A DNA stretch of 64,000 bases. It comes from Patescibacteria group bacterium (GTDB taxonomy: Bacteria > Patescibacteriota > Patescibacteriia > PEXW01). Below the pieces are notes generated by a model that was given only the letters and a program-made list of their open reading frames with translations, was not told where the DNA came from and made no database searches. Below, piece after piece: positions 1 to 10,116 of the stretch (position 1 is its first letter; each line of letters starts with the position of its first letter). The translations under genes were made by a program, and so were the position numbers. The DNA lies in NCBI GenBank assembly GCA_041665345.1, contig JBAYJA010000001.1:602522-666521 (forward strand). Reading direction: 5' to 3'.

Positions 1-294
1 GCAAGCCCAGACGCGGTGCAAACTGTACGAGAAGCAATGCGACAAGCAGTGACCAATGGCAGCGCCCGGCGCCTGCAAAGCTTAGGTGTCGCAGCCGGAG
101 GGAAGACTGGAACCGCACAATTTGGCAATGAAGGAAAAACGCATGGCTGGTTTGTGGGATTTGCACCGTATGATCACCCAACTATTGCAATTGCGGTCAT
201 TGTAGAAGCAGGTGGCGAAGGACATGCCACAGCCCTCCCAATTGCAGAGGCTGGACTCAAGGCCTGGTTGGCGAAAGGTACCCCGGCGAGTTGA
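1..294 (+). CDS. mrdA: Penicillin-binding protein 2, C-terminal part (5' end outside window)
   Basis: KTGTAQ motif and HGWFVGFAPYDHPTIA are typical of the class B PBP transpeptidase C-terminus; the frame is open to the window edge. Confidence 0.85.
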   Translation, partial: ASPDAVQTVREAMRQAVTNGSARRLQSLGVAAGGKTGTAQFGNEGKTHGWFVGFAPYDHPTIAIAVIVEAGGEGHATALPIAEAGLKAWLAKGTPAS

Positions 295-319
295 CAGCTT
301 TTCCGTTCACCCGTATCCT
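291..319 (+). promoter_or_regulatory. Sigma70 promoter for greA
   Basis: TTGACA (291-296), 17 bp, TATCCT (314-319). Confidence 0.6.
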
Positions 320-363
320 GTCAACCACACCTCCATCTCGCTCGACTTTTGATTGCTGCACCT

Positions 364-822
364 ATGACCCAGAAACAATTTCTCACGCCTGAGGGTTTAG
401 AAAAACTCACCGCTGAATTGCAGCAGCTGAAGGTTGAGAAACGCCGTGAGCTGGCAAACCGCATTCAGGAAGCAAAAGAGTTGGGTGACCTTTCTGAAAA
501 TGCAGAGTACCAGGAAGCGAAGAATGAGCAATCCTTTGTGGAAGGCCGAATTTTGGAAATTGAAATGACGCTCAAGAGCGCAGAGGTTATTCAACCATCC
601 AATTCTGGTACGGCGCAGGTTGGTTCGCACGTGACCATTGCCATGGCGGGGAAAAGCCATACCTACCACATTGTGGGTTCCAATGAAGCGGACCCAACGA
701 ATGGCCGTATTTCCAATGTGTCGCCGTTGGGCCAAGCCTTCCTTGGTCGGAAGGCGGGGGATACTGCCAGCATTGCCACCCCCAGTGGGGAAATTGAGGC
801 AAAAATTACCAAGGTCGCGTAA
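364..822 (+). CDS. greA: Transcription elongation factor GreA
   Basis: LTPEG...GDLSENAEY motif and C-terminal SPLGQA; ATG 364 preferred over TTG 349. Confidence 0.97.
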   Translation: MTQKQFLTPEGLEKLTAELQQLKVEKRRELANRIQEAKELGDLSENAEYQEAKNEQSFVEGRILEIEMTLKSAEVIQPSNSGTAQVGSHVTIAMAGKSHTYHIVGSNEADPTNGRISNVSPLGQAFLGRKAGDTASIATPSGEIEAKITKVA

Positions 823-874
823 TCAGCTCCGGTGTTTCGCATACCCAGAAGCGCCATGCGCGTCCGTTCTTGGC

Positions 875-903
875 TTGTCAAAAAGCAGAAAAACCCATAA
901 AAT
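875..903 (+). promoter_or_regulatory. Sigma70 promoter, probably giving a leaderless lysS mRNA
   Basis: TTGTCA (875-880), 17 bp, TAAAAT (898-903), then 6 nt to ATG 910; no SD. Confidence 0.65.
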
Positions 904-909
904 CAGGGC

Positions 910-2364
910 ATGCCTGTGGATATTAATGACGAACGAAGTGTCCGATTGCAACGCCTGGGTGAGCTCCAGGGCGCGGGTATTTCGGCGTACCCAAGTCACT
1001 CGATGCGGACGCATACCATTGCGCAGCTCATCGCAGCCTTTGCCGATGGGGGCGAGGAAGTAACCATCGTTGGGCGGCTACGTGGCGTGCGCCGCCATGG
1101 CGGCTCCACATTTTTGGATCTTGAGGACAGTACTGGTCGCTTTCAGGTTTTTTGCAGTAAAGCGGATTTGGCAGCAGTGTACGAGCAGCTCATCACTCGG
1201 TTGGATTTAGGTGACCACGTCCAAGCGACAGGTAAACCTTTCCGTACCAAAGCTGGTTCACCGGCACTCCACGCTTCAGACGTGACGCTGCTCAGTAAGG
1301 CGCTCCGCCCTTTACCTGAACAATTTCACGGTTTGACCGATACAGAACTTCGGTACCGTCGCCGTGAGCTTGACTTGATTGCCAACCCCGAAGCTCGGTC
1401 CGTCGCCCGAACTCGGTCGATGATTCTCCGTACCCTGCGTGCGTACCTGGATGAAGCCGGTTTTTTGGAAGTGGAAACCCCAATATTACAATCTATTGCC
1501 AGTGGCGCTTCCGCAAAGCCTTTTGTGACACATCACAACACCTTGCACGAAGACCTCTACCTCCGCGTGGCACCAGAGCTCTACCTGAAACGTTTAATCG
1601 TGGGCGGTTTGGAAAAGGTGTACGAAGTTGCACGTTGCTTCCGGAACGAGGGTATGGATCCGCAGCATAATCCGGAGTTTACCCAAATTGAATTCTACGC
1701 AGCGTACTGGGACTACCAGCAGATGCTCACGTTCTGCCAGGATGTGCTGGTGCACACTGTGGAAAAGGTGCACGGCAAACTGGTATTGGAATTTGATGGG
1801 AAGGCCCTGGACTTCACGCCGCCCTTCGCCAAAGCCTCATACATTGAGCTCCTGAAGGAACATTGCGGCGTCAATATTTTAGAAGCGACTGAGCAGGAAC
1901 TTTCCGCCGCCATTGCAGCAGCCGGAGGAGACGCAGACCCCAAGGCTGGTCGTGGCAAACTCATTGACGAACTGTGGAAGACGGCGGTTCGGCCATCCAT
2001 CCAACGCCCAACATTCGTAACAGATTATCCAGCTGAACTCTCGCCACTCGCCAAACGCTCAGCGAAAGATCCACGCGTGGTAGAAATGTTCCAGCTGGTC
2101 ATTGCCGGCAGTGAGCTTATCAAAGCTTTTACAGAGTTGAATGACCCAGTTGACCAGCAGGCTCGTTTTACGGAGCAAGATGCCTTACGGAAAAAAGGTG
2201 ATGATGAAGCGCAGTATACTGACGAAGTATTTGTGGAATCTCTAGAGTACGGCATGCCGCCAACCGCGGGCGCTGGTCTGGGCATTGACCGGCTCACGAG
2301 TATTCTCACCGGCAGTCATAGTGTGAAAGAAGTGATTCTCTTTCCCACGCTGCGAAAAAATTAG
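910..2364 (+). CDS. lysS: Lysine--tRNA ligase (class II)
   Basis: OB-fold N-terminus, RYRRRELDL, FLEVETP, FRNEG...HNPEFT, YGMPPTAGAGLGIDRL. Confidence 0.98.
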   Translation: MPVDINDERSVRLQRLGELQGAGISAYPSHSMRTHTIAQLIAAFADGGEEVTIVGRLRGVRRHGGSTFLDLEDSTGRFQVFCSKADLAAVYEQLITRLDLGDHVQATGKPFRTKAGSPALHASDVTLLSKALRPLPEQFHGLTDTELRYRRRELDLIANPEARSVARTRSMILRTLRAYLDEAGFLEVETPILQSIASGASAKPFVTHHNTLHEDLYLRVAPELYLKRLIVGGLEKVYEVARCFRNEGMDPQHNPEFTQIEFYAAYWDYQQMLTFCQDVLVHTVEKVHGKLVLEFDGKALDFTPPFAKASYIELLKEHCGVNILEATEQELSAAIAAAGGDADPKAGRGKLIDELWKTAVRPSIQRPTFVTDYPAELSPLAKRSAKDPRVVEMFQLVIAGSELIKAFTELNDPVDQQARFTEQDALRKKGDDEAQYTDEVFVESLEYGMPPTAGAGLGIDRLTSILTGSHSVKEVILFPTLRKN

Positions 2365-2370
2365 GTTCCC

Positions 2371-3648
2371 ATGCTTGACCGAAAAATTTTTCTCACGCAG
2401 CCAGACGCAGTTTTTGCCGGCCTGAAAAAACGTGGCAAGAAGTTTTTTGATGCAGCCAAACTGCTTGCGGAACTACTGGAAAAAAGTCAGGGCGAGCGGC
2501 AGGCACTGGAATTGCTGCAGAGCCAGCTGAATGCCGGCAGCAAAGCTTTGGCACAGGTGAAAGGGGATGAGCGAACCAGCAAGCTTGCAGAATTAAAAAA
2601 ACTTTCGGAGAAAGTGAAGGTTGATGAAGCACGGCTTCGAGCATCGGAAGAGGCAATTACCACGGGCATCCAGGCCTTGCCAAATATTCCGCTTGCGGAT
2701 GTGCCTGAAGGAAAAGACGCGGATGCCAATGTGACCCTGCACGAGGTAGGGGAGCGGCCAAACCTGCAATCACCCAAAGACTACCTTACCCTAGCCGAAA
2801 GCTTAGGAATTATTGACGTACAGCGTGCCGCGAAAGCCTCTGGCTCGCGTTTTGGCTACCTTGTGGGTTCTGGGGCGCTTTTAGAGTTTGCGTTGCTCCA
2901 ATACGCCATGAAAGGCCTTCTGGAGGCTGGTTTTACCCCCATGATCCCGCCAGTGCTGGTCAAAGAGGAGTTTATGGCTGGAATGGGGTACCTGGCACAA
3001 AGCGGGGAGGAGGAAGTGTACCACTTCCCAAAGGATAAGCAGTACTTGGTAGGAACGTCCGAACAAACCCTTGGCGCTTACCACGCAGATGAAATGTTGA
3101 CACCCGAAGAATTACCGAAAAAGTATGCTGGTTTTTCCACCTGCTTCAGAAGGGAAGCGGGGAGTTACGGGAAAGACACGAAGGGCATTCTACGGGTACA
3201 TCAGTTTGATAAAGTGGAAATGTTTGTGGTCTGCACACCTGAGGCATCGCAAGACCTGCACGAAGAACTTCTAGCGATGCAAGAAAAACTCGTTCAAGGT
3301 TTAGGCTTGCCGTACCGAGTAGTGAAACTTTGCACTGGTGACATGGGTTTCCCTTCGGCAAAAACCTACGACATTGAATGCTGGCTCCCAGGCCAGAATA
3401 GCGGTAAGGGTGAGTATCGAGAAACGCATTCCACGTCGAATACGACGGACTACCAAGCTCGCGCGCTGAATGTACGGGTGAAAAATGCCGAAGGGAAAAA
3501 TATTGTTGCACACATGCTGAACGGCACGGCGTTTGCTATGGGCCGGACCATCATCGCCATTCTGGAAAATTACCAGCAGGCAGATGGGACAATTCGGGTG
3601 CCAGAGGTTCTGCAACCTTTCATGCATGGGGTGACGGAAATCCGGTAA
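2371..3648 (+). CDS. serS: Serine--tRNA ligase
   Basis: N-terminal coiled coil, GTSE, CFRREAGSYGKDTKGILRVHQFDKVE, HMLNGT. Confidence 0.98.
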   Translation: MLDRKIFLTQPDAVFAGLKKRGKKFFDAAKLLAELLEKSQGERQALELLQSQLNAGSKALAQVKGDERTSKLAELKKLSEKVKVDEARLRASEEAITTGIQALPNIPLADVPEGKDADANVTLHEVGERPNLQSPKDYLTLAESLGIIDVQRAAKASGSRFGYLVGSGALLEFALLQYAMKGLLEAGFTPMIPPVLVKEEFMAGMGYLAQSGEEEVYHFPKDKQYLVGTSEQTLGAYHADEMLTPEELPKKYAGFSTCFRREAGSYGKDTKGILRVHQFDKVEMFVVCTPEASQDLHEELLAMQEKLVQGLGLPYRVVKLCTGDMGFPSAKTYDIECWLPGQNSGKGEYRETHSTSNTTDYQARALNVRVKNAEGKNIVAHMLNGTAFAMGRTIIAILENYQQADGTIRVPEVLQPFMHGVTEIR

Positions 3649-3663
3649 GCCAGCAACGAATCC

Positions 3664-4785
3664 ATGCTCACAAGTATTCACGTATCACGTTCCGCTCTGG
3701 TACGGAATGTGCAGATTTTTCAAAAACTACTCTCACCGCGAGTGCAGCTCATGGCAGTCGTGAAAAGTAATGCCTACGGTCACGGGGTCAAATTGTGTGC
3801 GCCGGTTTTTGATCATGCCGGCGTTCAGCGGTTTGGCACGGCCAGCGTTTCCGAGGCGCTATTGCTTCGAAAGTACGTGACGCGAAAACCCATCCTTGCC
3901 CTGAGCTACGTGGATGTCACAGATACTGAGCTCCGCCTCGCCTGGAAACTAGGTATCCGCGTTCCGGCGTATACCATGCAGATGCTCAAACGTTTTCAGA
4001 AAGTAGCTCGGCGGTCTCAATCACCCGTACGTATGCACCTAAAGGTAGACACCGGCACAACCCGCGTTGGTTTTCAGCTGCATGAAATGCCATCGGTGAT
4101 CCGTTACCTGAAAAAATGTCCGAAAATTATGGTAGAAGGGATTTTTAGCCACTTTGCCGATGCAGAAGGGGAGTCAACAGCTTTTTCCAGCCTTCAGACC
4201 AAACGATTTGTAAAAATTTCTCAGGGACTTGCCCAAATAAACAAAAAACGATTCCTTACGCATCTCTCGTGTTCGGCTGGGGTGTTCCGATTTCCAGAAG
4301 CAGATTTTTCCATGGTTCGAGTAGGTATGTCGCTCTACGGTATTGGCACAGTCACCAAGCAACAAGCAGTCAGCTCTCGGTCAGGGATTGACCAGTTGCG
4401 ACCCGCGCTCTCCTGGTACACACAACTTATTCAGGTCAAGGATGTTCCCGCAGGGACAAGTGTTGGGTACGGCCGGACATTCCGTTTTCAGAGGGCTGGA
4501 AAGGTTGGTATCCTGCCAGTTGGATACTGGGAAGGCTTAGATCGACGCCTGTCCAATAAGGGTAGCGTGAGCATAAGCGGGCAGCGTGTGCCGATCCGCG
4601 GGCGCATTTGCATGAACCTCTCCATGGTTGATGTAACGAAAGTAAAACGAGCGAAAGCCGGAACCCCAGTGGAGCTCATTGGCCCTCACCAACCTGCCAC
4701 AAAAACTGCAGAATTGGCTGGGATGATACCCTATGACTTTCTCACTCGCCTGAATCCAGAGATTCCCAGAGTCTTAGTACCGTAG
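3664..4785 (+). CDS. alr: Alanine racemase
   Basis: AVVKSNAYGHG (PLP lysine), HLKVDTG, SVGYG, GRICM. Confidence 0.97.
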   Translation: MLTSIHVSRSALVRNVQIFQKLLSPRVQLMAVVKSNAYGHGVKLCAPVFDHAGVQRFGTASVSEALLLRKYVTRKPILALSYVDVTDTELRLAWKLGIRVPAYTMQMLKRFQKVARRSQSPVRMHLKVDTGTTRVGFQLHEMPSVIRYLKKCPKIMVEGIFSHFADAEGESTAFSSLQTKRFVKISQGLAQINKKRFLTHLSCSAGVFRFPEADFSMVRVGMSLYGIGTVTKQQAVSSRSGIDQLRPALSWYTQLIQVKDVPAGTSVGYGRTFRFQRAGKVGILPVGYWEGLDRRLSNKGSVSISGQRVPIRGRICMNLSMVDVTKVKRAKAGTPVELIGPHQPATKTAELAGMIPYDFLTRLNPEIPRVLVP

Positions 4786-4787
4786 CT

Positions 4788-5609
4788 ATGCGCTGGAATA
4801 ATCGAACTCGCTCAACGCACCGAGGCAACCCGCTCTTTGCTGAACCCCAGCAAGGATCGTGGATTCTTCGGCACCCGCGGTGGAGCATCTTCATTTTCTT
4901 GGTTATCGTCATTGGGGCAATGTACGGAATCTACGGCGCACCGTTTTGGCAACTGCAGAAAGCAGAAGTGCGAGGGACGTACACATTGCCTATTGACCAG
5001 CTTCGTGCCGAGATAAAAGCGCAAACCCAGGCGCGATGGTTGCTCTTCTTCCGGCAAAGTGGCTTGTGGTCGTTTGATACCAAAGCCCTGGAGCGACGCT
5101 TACGCTCCCGTTGGATATTTACAGATCTCAAGGTTACTCGTTCGCCCCTGCATACGCTGCGCATCACACTTCAGGAGGAGTTACCAACTTTCCTGTTGCC
5201 AGTAAATGGTATAACTTTTGGCATCAATAGCCAGGGCGTAGCCTCGGCCATGGTCGACGTTACCAAGCTTGGCCAGGTACCACTGCTCACCCCTGCGCAG
5301 CTCCCAAGTCCACTGGCGTTAGAAGCCGAGATTGTAAGCCCAGCTGATGCGAGCTTTCTCCATACGTTTTCCCAAGCGGTACGCGAACGCGACAGCAAGC
5401 AGCTCGCCGTGAAAAGTATTACCTTGCCCGCAGCGCCGGATCGTACAGCACAGCTGACCCTGGCCACTGGTTGGTCCATCATTGTTGACCGCTCTGGTGA
5501 CGCAAAGAAGCAGCTGGAAGCTTTCCTGCTGGCCTATGACCAGAAGCTGGTAGGGAAGTCCCTGGAGTACGTCAACGTGACTGTGCCAGCCCGGGTCTAC
5601 TACAAATAA
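4788..5609 (+). CDS. FtsQ/DivIB-like protein (TM + POTRA domain)
   Basis: N-terminal TM helix, POTRA-like segment (VTRSPLHTLRITLQE), C-terminal LEYVNVTVPARVYYK resembling the FtsQ YIDLR..RVYYK end. Confidence 0.7.
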   Translation: MRWNNRTRSTHRGNPLFAEPQQGSWILRHPRWSIFIFLVIVIGAMYGIYGAPFWQLQKAEVRGTYTLPIDQLRAEIKAQTQARWLLFFRQSGLWSFDTKALERRLRSRWIFTDLKVTRSPLHTLRITLQEELPTFLLPVNGITFGINSQGVASAMVDVTKLGQVPLLTPAQLPSPLALEAEIVSPADASFLHTFSQAVRERDSKQLAVKSITLPAAPDRTAQLTLATGWSIIVDRSGDAKKQLEAFLLAYDQKLVGKSLEYVNVTVPARVYYK

Positions 5610-5615
5610 TTTTTT

Positions 5616-6053
5616 ATGCTCCTAAGTGTCCATGTGGTTACCGGTGCAGCAGTTGCGGTTGTGATCCGTGATCCTACACTCATCCCACCATTATGTTTTG
5701 CGACACATCTGGTTATGGACATGCTCCCACACTGGAATTTTCCCATTCCAAAAGGGAAGTCTCTTGGGCAATTTGTGGAATCCTTTGGTCCAGACTTGTT
5801 TGCGACGATCCTGGTGTACCTTGGATTGCTCCTGTGGCATCCAGAACTGTGGTGGTTAACCAGCTGGGGCGTGTTCTGGACCGTCCTGCCAGACTTCCTA
5901 ACCTTGTTCCGCAAGGACAAGCCTTGGCGGCTTTGGCTGCGTGGCTACTACAAGCTCCACAATGCACTGCAAACCGAAGTGCAGCCAAGTATTGGTTTGA
6001 TCATGCAAGCATTTGTAGTCTTCATTTGCATCATTATCTTGCGTAGTGCCTAA
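5616..6053 (+). CDS. Membrane protein, metal-dependent hydrolase-like
   Basis: His/Asp pattern H..TGA, HLVMDMLPHW, LPD, LH..LQ within hydrophobic helices. Confidence 0.6.
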   Translation: MLLSVHVVTGAAVAVVIRDPTLIPPLCFATHLVMDMLPHWNFPIPKGKSLGQFVESFGPDLFATILVYLGLLLWHPELWWLTSWGVFWTVLPDFLTLFRKDKPWRLWLRGYYKLHNALQTEVQPSIGLIMQAFVVFICIIILRSA

Positions 6054-6225
6054 GCAGGCATTCTAGGGGGAAAGTAGCCAGAAACCCCTTGGCATCACGT
6101 ACAAAGGTTTCTTTCTATCCTATTGGGTCATAAAAGGTATATTCTGCGACACATAATATGTACAGGATACTCATCATTCAGTACCATCCCCTGTAGCCAA
6201 AGTACATTTAAAAGAAGGAGAGTAC

Positions 6226-6489
6226 ATGAGGGCACTTCCATCGGTTACTGGAATGTCAAACTTTGAACTCAGGATTTTTCAATGGTTTTCCTGGGTCGGG
6301 TGGGTGTTCTTTTTCAGCATTATTGTCTGGGTTGTTTTACCGCAATGGACAAACATGCCGATGTGGATTCAGATAGTCCTAAATCCATTGACGGCAATCC
6401 TCAGTTGGTTGCTTGGCTATAAGTTACTAGTCGGTCCCCTCTTCTGCGGGTTTGCAACTCGGATTGAAACCAACCAAATCGGTGAGTAA
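6226..6489 (+). CDS. Small two-TM hypothetical protein (orphan cassette)
   Basis: AAGGAG 5 nt before ATG, AT-rich upstream region, own terminator, two hydrophobic helices. Confidence 0.65.
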   Translation: MRALPSVTGMSNFELRIFQWFSWVGWVFFFSIIVWVVLPQWTNMPMWIQIVLNPLTAILSWLLGYKLLVGPLFCGFATRIETNQIGE

Positions 6490-6498
6490 ACAAAATAG

Positions 6499-6530
6499 GC
6501 GTACCTATCCAATGGTACGCTTTCTTTTTT
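6499..6530 (+). terminator. Intrinsic terminator
   Basis: GCGTACC-8nt-GGTACGC stem followed by a T-rich tract. Confidence 0.7.
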
Positions 6531-6541
6531 CACCTAAGTTC

Positions 6542-7801
6542 TTATGGCAAGTAATCTAACGGGTTCACCGGAATCCCGTTCAAACGCACTTCAAAGTGCA
6601 GGTGTGGCCCAGTGGTCATATTCCCTGCACCGGGTGTCCCGGGCATGCCACCGGACAGACCAATAATCTGCCCTTTCTTCACGAAGGTATCCTCCGCAAC
6701 ATTGATTTGGCTCACGTGGCCGTAGACTGTCGAGATGCTGTTGGAGTGCACCAGTAAAATGTAGCTGTACCCAAAACCAGCGTTCTTTGCCCGAGCCACG
6801 TAGCCATCATCTGGAGCGGCAATGGGTGTACGCTGCGGCGTTGGCACGTCAATGGCTGGGTGCTCAAAGTACTTGCGGTACGGGTAGCTTGGGTCATGGA
6901 AGTACGCGCTGATCCCCTTGGCGGGTGACACCGGCCAGGCGAGTTGCACGTTGCGGTTACCAGTGAACTTGGTTAGACCATCATCACTCCCCTGCCCGTT
7001 GGGTTCCAGCTTCGCTTTTACCTGCTCCTGCAGTTGGCGGATGTCACTGTCAGCGGAAAGTTGCTCCTGCCTTGACTGATCAAGGAGATTTGCGTACTGC
7101 TGCTCACTGGATTTCGTTTCATCGAGCAACGTTCCTTTGTAGGTTTTTTGGTCGTTCAAACTTGTCTGCGTGGCTAGCAGTTCTTTTTCTAAGTTTTCTA
7201 ATTCGCGCTTGCGCACCTCACGATCCTGGCGCTCTCGTTCCAAGTTTACTTTGACGCCTTTAAGGTCAGTAAGTGTATCCGTCACCTGACGTTCCATCGT
7301 TGTGGTTGTTCGTAAGTCATTCACCACATCGGAAAAAGAATTGTGAATGACTAAAAGCTCCAAAGGGTCTTTTTGGTCATACCGATGAATAGTACGGACC
7401 AGCTCACCTAAGTAGGCTCGCTTCGTCTGCATGTCCTTTTCCGTACTTTCAATCTGCAGTTGGGTTGCGGTAATTTCGCGTTGCTTATCTTCAACTGCAA
7501 AATCAATAGTTTGCATGTCCGCTTCAGCTTTTTGCATCTGTGCGTCAAGCAGCTCCAGTTCCCCATGCAAACTTGCAGCAACTTTCTGCTTTTCTGCAAC
7601 TTTCGCCGCATACTCCTCTTGCTTCTGCTGCAGTTGCTTGCGTTCAGCTTCTCGTTGCTCAATGGTTCGGTTCAGCTCCTCCACCGTGGTGTTCCCGCTC
7701 ACCTGCGCACGCACAAAGACCCGGGCTGGAATCAGCGCTAGGCTGGCGACTATAACGGTCACGCCGAGGATGAGGATTTTCTTTTTTTGCACTTTCTGCA
7801 T
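6542..7801 (-). CDS. M23 family peptidase with long coiled coil (EnvC/MepM-like)
   Basis: Signal/TM segment, coiled coil, HPAID, YGH and TGPHLHFEV zinc motifs; start placed at ATG 7801, downstream of TGcTATAGT. Confidence 0.92.
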   Translation of the reverse strand: MQKVQKKKILILGVTVIVASLALIPARVFVRAQVSGNTTVEELNRTIEQREAERKQLQQKQEEYAAKVAEKQKVAASLHGELELLDAQMQKAEADMQTIDFAVEDKQREITATQLQIESTEKDMQTKRAYLGELVRTIHRYDQKDPLELLVIHNSFSDVVNDLRTTTTMERQVTDTLTDLKGVKVNLERERQDREVRKRELENLEKELLATQTSLNDQKTYKGTLLDETKSSEQQYANLLDQSRQEQLSADSDIRQLQEQVKAKLEPNGQGSDDGLTKFTGNRNVQLAWPVSPAKGISAYFHDPSYPYRKYFEHPAIDVPTPQRTPIAAPDDGYVARAKNAGFGYSYILLVHSNSISTVYGHVSQINVAEDTFVKKGQIIGLSGGMPGTPGAGNMTTGPHLHFEVRLNGIPVNPLDYLP

Positions 7802-7845
7802 GGCAAAACCACTATAGCACATTCCAAGCAAAAAATCAAGTTTAC

Positions 7846-9297
7846 CTACGACAGTGTACTGCTGGCTTCAACCAGGCGCTGCAGACTTTTTGCTTTGCCC
7901 AGAACAATAGCGACGCCAAAGACATCCGGACTTTTCGCTAGTCCTGTTAATGCAACTCGGGCTGGCCAGAGTACGGTGCTAGTATCCTGACCTGACGTCG
8001 TAATCCACGCCAAGGTTTGCTCTCGGAGACTATGAGCCGACTCCCAAGCGCTGTCCGTGAGCTGTGACCAGAAGGTGTGGATACTTTGTAAGGCGTGCTG
8101 GGTTGCCTTTGGCTCACCCTTTTTTGGCACCAAAAGCGTTGGCGCAAATGCCAGTTGGTCTGCGAGCAAAAAACTCAGGCGCTGGGGAATTTCGGAAAGG
8201 GTAACCGCCTGTTCTACCGCCAGAGGAATGGCTAGTCGGGCTTGCTCCGGGGTAAGGTGCAAACCTGCTGCTTGCGCCACAGTAATTGGATCAGCCGCGC
8301 GGAGGTGGAGCCGGTGCAGGTGCTGCAATTTTGCCAAGTCAAAGATTGCGCCAGCTTTGTTCACCTGCGTGATGTCAAAAGCGTTGATGAGCTCTGCATA
8401 GGTGGGGAAAAACTCCTGCTCGCTCTTTGGGTTCCAACCCAGGAGGGATATGAAGTTCACCATGGCAAAGGGAAGGTAGTCTTTCAGAAAGTCTCCAGCC
8501 GCGGTTGTGCCGTCACGCTTGGAAAGTTTTTTCCGGTTAGCGCCAAGGATGTGTGAGAGGTGGCCAAAGGTTGGTGCTGACCAGCCAAAGGCTTCGTAGA
8601 GCTGGAGGTGCAAAGGTAAGGACGGTAACCACTCCTCGGCCCGGAAGACGTGGGTGATTTCCATGGCATGGTCATCCACAACATTCGCCAGGTGATAGGT
8701 TGGAAAACCGTCACTTTTGAGAAGTACAGTATCTTCCAGCAGCGCGCTTTGGAAGTTGATGGAACCCCGAATGAGATCGGTGGCCAAAATTGCGCCGGCC
8801 GCTGGCATGCGAAACCGAATAATGTGCCGCTCCCCTGCTGCCGCACGCTCTGCAGCAGTGGTGGGTAGAATGTCGCGGCAGGTACCATCGTAGCCTGGTG
8901 GCAAGTGTTGGCGCTCCTGGGATGCGCGGAGCTCTTGTAAACGTTCTGGCGTGCAAAAGCACGGGTAGGCCTTGCCCGCTGCAACGAGCTGCTGTACTGC
9001 CGTGGTGTAGGATGCTAAACGCTTGGACTGCGTGTACGGTCCACAAGCGCCTTGCTCCGCAATTTTTCCATCAACCCGTACTGGCCCTTCGTCTGGAACC
9101 AAGCCGTACGCTTGCAAAGTATCAACGATGTCTTCAAACGCGCCAGGGACGAAGCGTTGCTGGTCAGTATCTTCAATCCGCAAAATGAACGTCCCACCAT
9201 GCTTCTTGGCAAAGAGGTAGTTGAAAAGCGCGGTACGTAAACCACCAATATGCAAACGACCGGTGGGTGAGGGAGCAAAACGGACACGAGGTTTCAT
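7846..9297 (-). CDS. gltX: Glutamate--tRNA ligase
   Basis: RVRFAPSPTG, HIGG, LRIEDTD, KLSKR; start at MKPRVRF. Confidence 0.98.
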   Translation of the reverse strand: MKPRVRFAPSPTGRLHIGGLRTALFNYLFAKKHGGTFILRIEDTDQQRFVPGAFEDIVDTLQAYGLVPDEGPVRVDGKIAEQGACGPYTQSKRLASYTTAVQQLVAAGKAYPCFCTPERLQELRASQERQHLPPGYDGTCRDILPTTAAERAAAGERHIIRFRMPAAGAILATDLIRGSINFQSALLEDTVLLKSDGFPTYHLANVVDDHAMEITHVFRAEEWLPSLPLHLQLYEAFGWSAPTFGHLSHILGANRKKLSKRDGTTAAGDFLKDYLPFAMVNFISLLGWNPKSEQEFFPTYAELINAFDITQVNKAGAIFDLAKLQHLHRLHLRAADPITVAQAAGLHLTPEQARLAIPLAVEQAVTLSEIPQRLSFLLADQLAFAPTLLVPKKGEPKATQHALQSIHTFWSQLTDSAWESAHSLREQTLAWITTSGQDTSTVLWPARVALTGLAKSPDVFGVAIVLGKAKSLQRLVEASSTLS

Positions 9298-9308
9298 GGG
9301 TAGTGGAT

Positions 9309-10016
9309 TTACTTCTGAAATCGGAGAAGCCAGAACTGCACCGTAGCCCGCCAAATCCGGGGGAAACGTTTGGGTTGGGTGACCAGGCGCCACCCCCACT
9401 CTAACCCAAGCGAACGCAAAAAGCGAGGCGCGCGGTGGCGGGCACCGGTAAGGAAGTCAATGGCACCACCCACACCGATCATGAGTTTGATGCTGGGCAA
9501 GTGCTTCTTGTTCGCCAGCATCCATTCCTCTTGCAGTGGTTGGCCCAAGGCAATGAAGAGTAATTGCGTGTCACTCGTACGAATTTGCTGGATGCATTCA
9601 GGGGTGTTTACCATCCAACACAGGACCTGGATGCCAGGAAATTTCTTCTGCATCGCTGCAATGACTTGATTGGGGCTTGAGAGACCCTGGGCTGGCACTA
9701 CAATGCCCACGGGTAAATTTCGCTGCACGGCTTGGGCACACAGGGCAAGCACGATATCCGCCCCTGGGTAGCGTTCAGCGACAGGCGTTTTTCGCTGCAC
9801 GGCCCATTGCAAGCCAACCCCGTCAATGAGACTGGCATCAGTGAGCCGGGACAATTCCTGCAGACGAGGTTGCTGCTGCGCAAGTACCACGTACTCTGGG
9901 TTTACGGTCATCACGGTTTTGGGGTGCGCGGTTTGCAAAAACCCATGGAGCAGGTGGACTTGCTCTTGCCTGGATCCGCAATCCACTGCTACGCCATGGT
10001 AGAAAATTCTTTGCAT
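9309..10016 (-). CDS. WecB/TagA/CpsF family glycosyltransferase
   Basis: TVNPE, DGVG, RYPGAD, LGQPLQE, GVGGAIDF, RAP...GLEWGWRL. Confidence 0.93.
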   Translation of the reverse strand: MQRIFYHGVAVDCGSRQEQVHLLHGFLQTAHPKTVMTVNPEYVVLAQQQPRLQELSRLTDASLIDGVGLQWAVQRKTPVAERYPGADIVLALCAQAVQRNLPVGIVVPAQGLSSPNQVIAAMQKKFPGIQVLCWMVNTPECIQQIRTSDTQLLFIALGQPLQEEWMLANKKHLPSIKLMIGVGGAIDFLTGARHRAPRFLRSLGLEWGWRLVTQPKRFPRIWRATVQFWLLRFQK

Positions 10017-10079
10017 ATCTGCATTGTGCTGATTTTCATGGTTTTTCGCAAGCTGCTGCAATACACAAAATTAGTAGGC

Positions 10080-10108
10080 TTGCAAATGTCTTGGCTGTGC
10101 TGTATACT
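10080..10108 (+). promoter_or_regulatory. Sigma70 promoter, near-leaderless
   Basis: TTGCAA, 17 bp, TATACT, then 8 nt to ATG 10117. Confidence 0.6.
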
Positions 10109-10116
10109 CGTAGCTC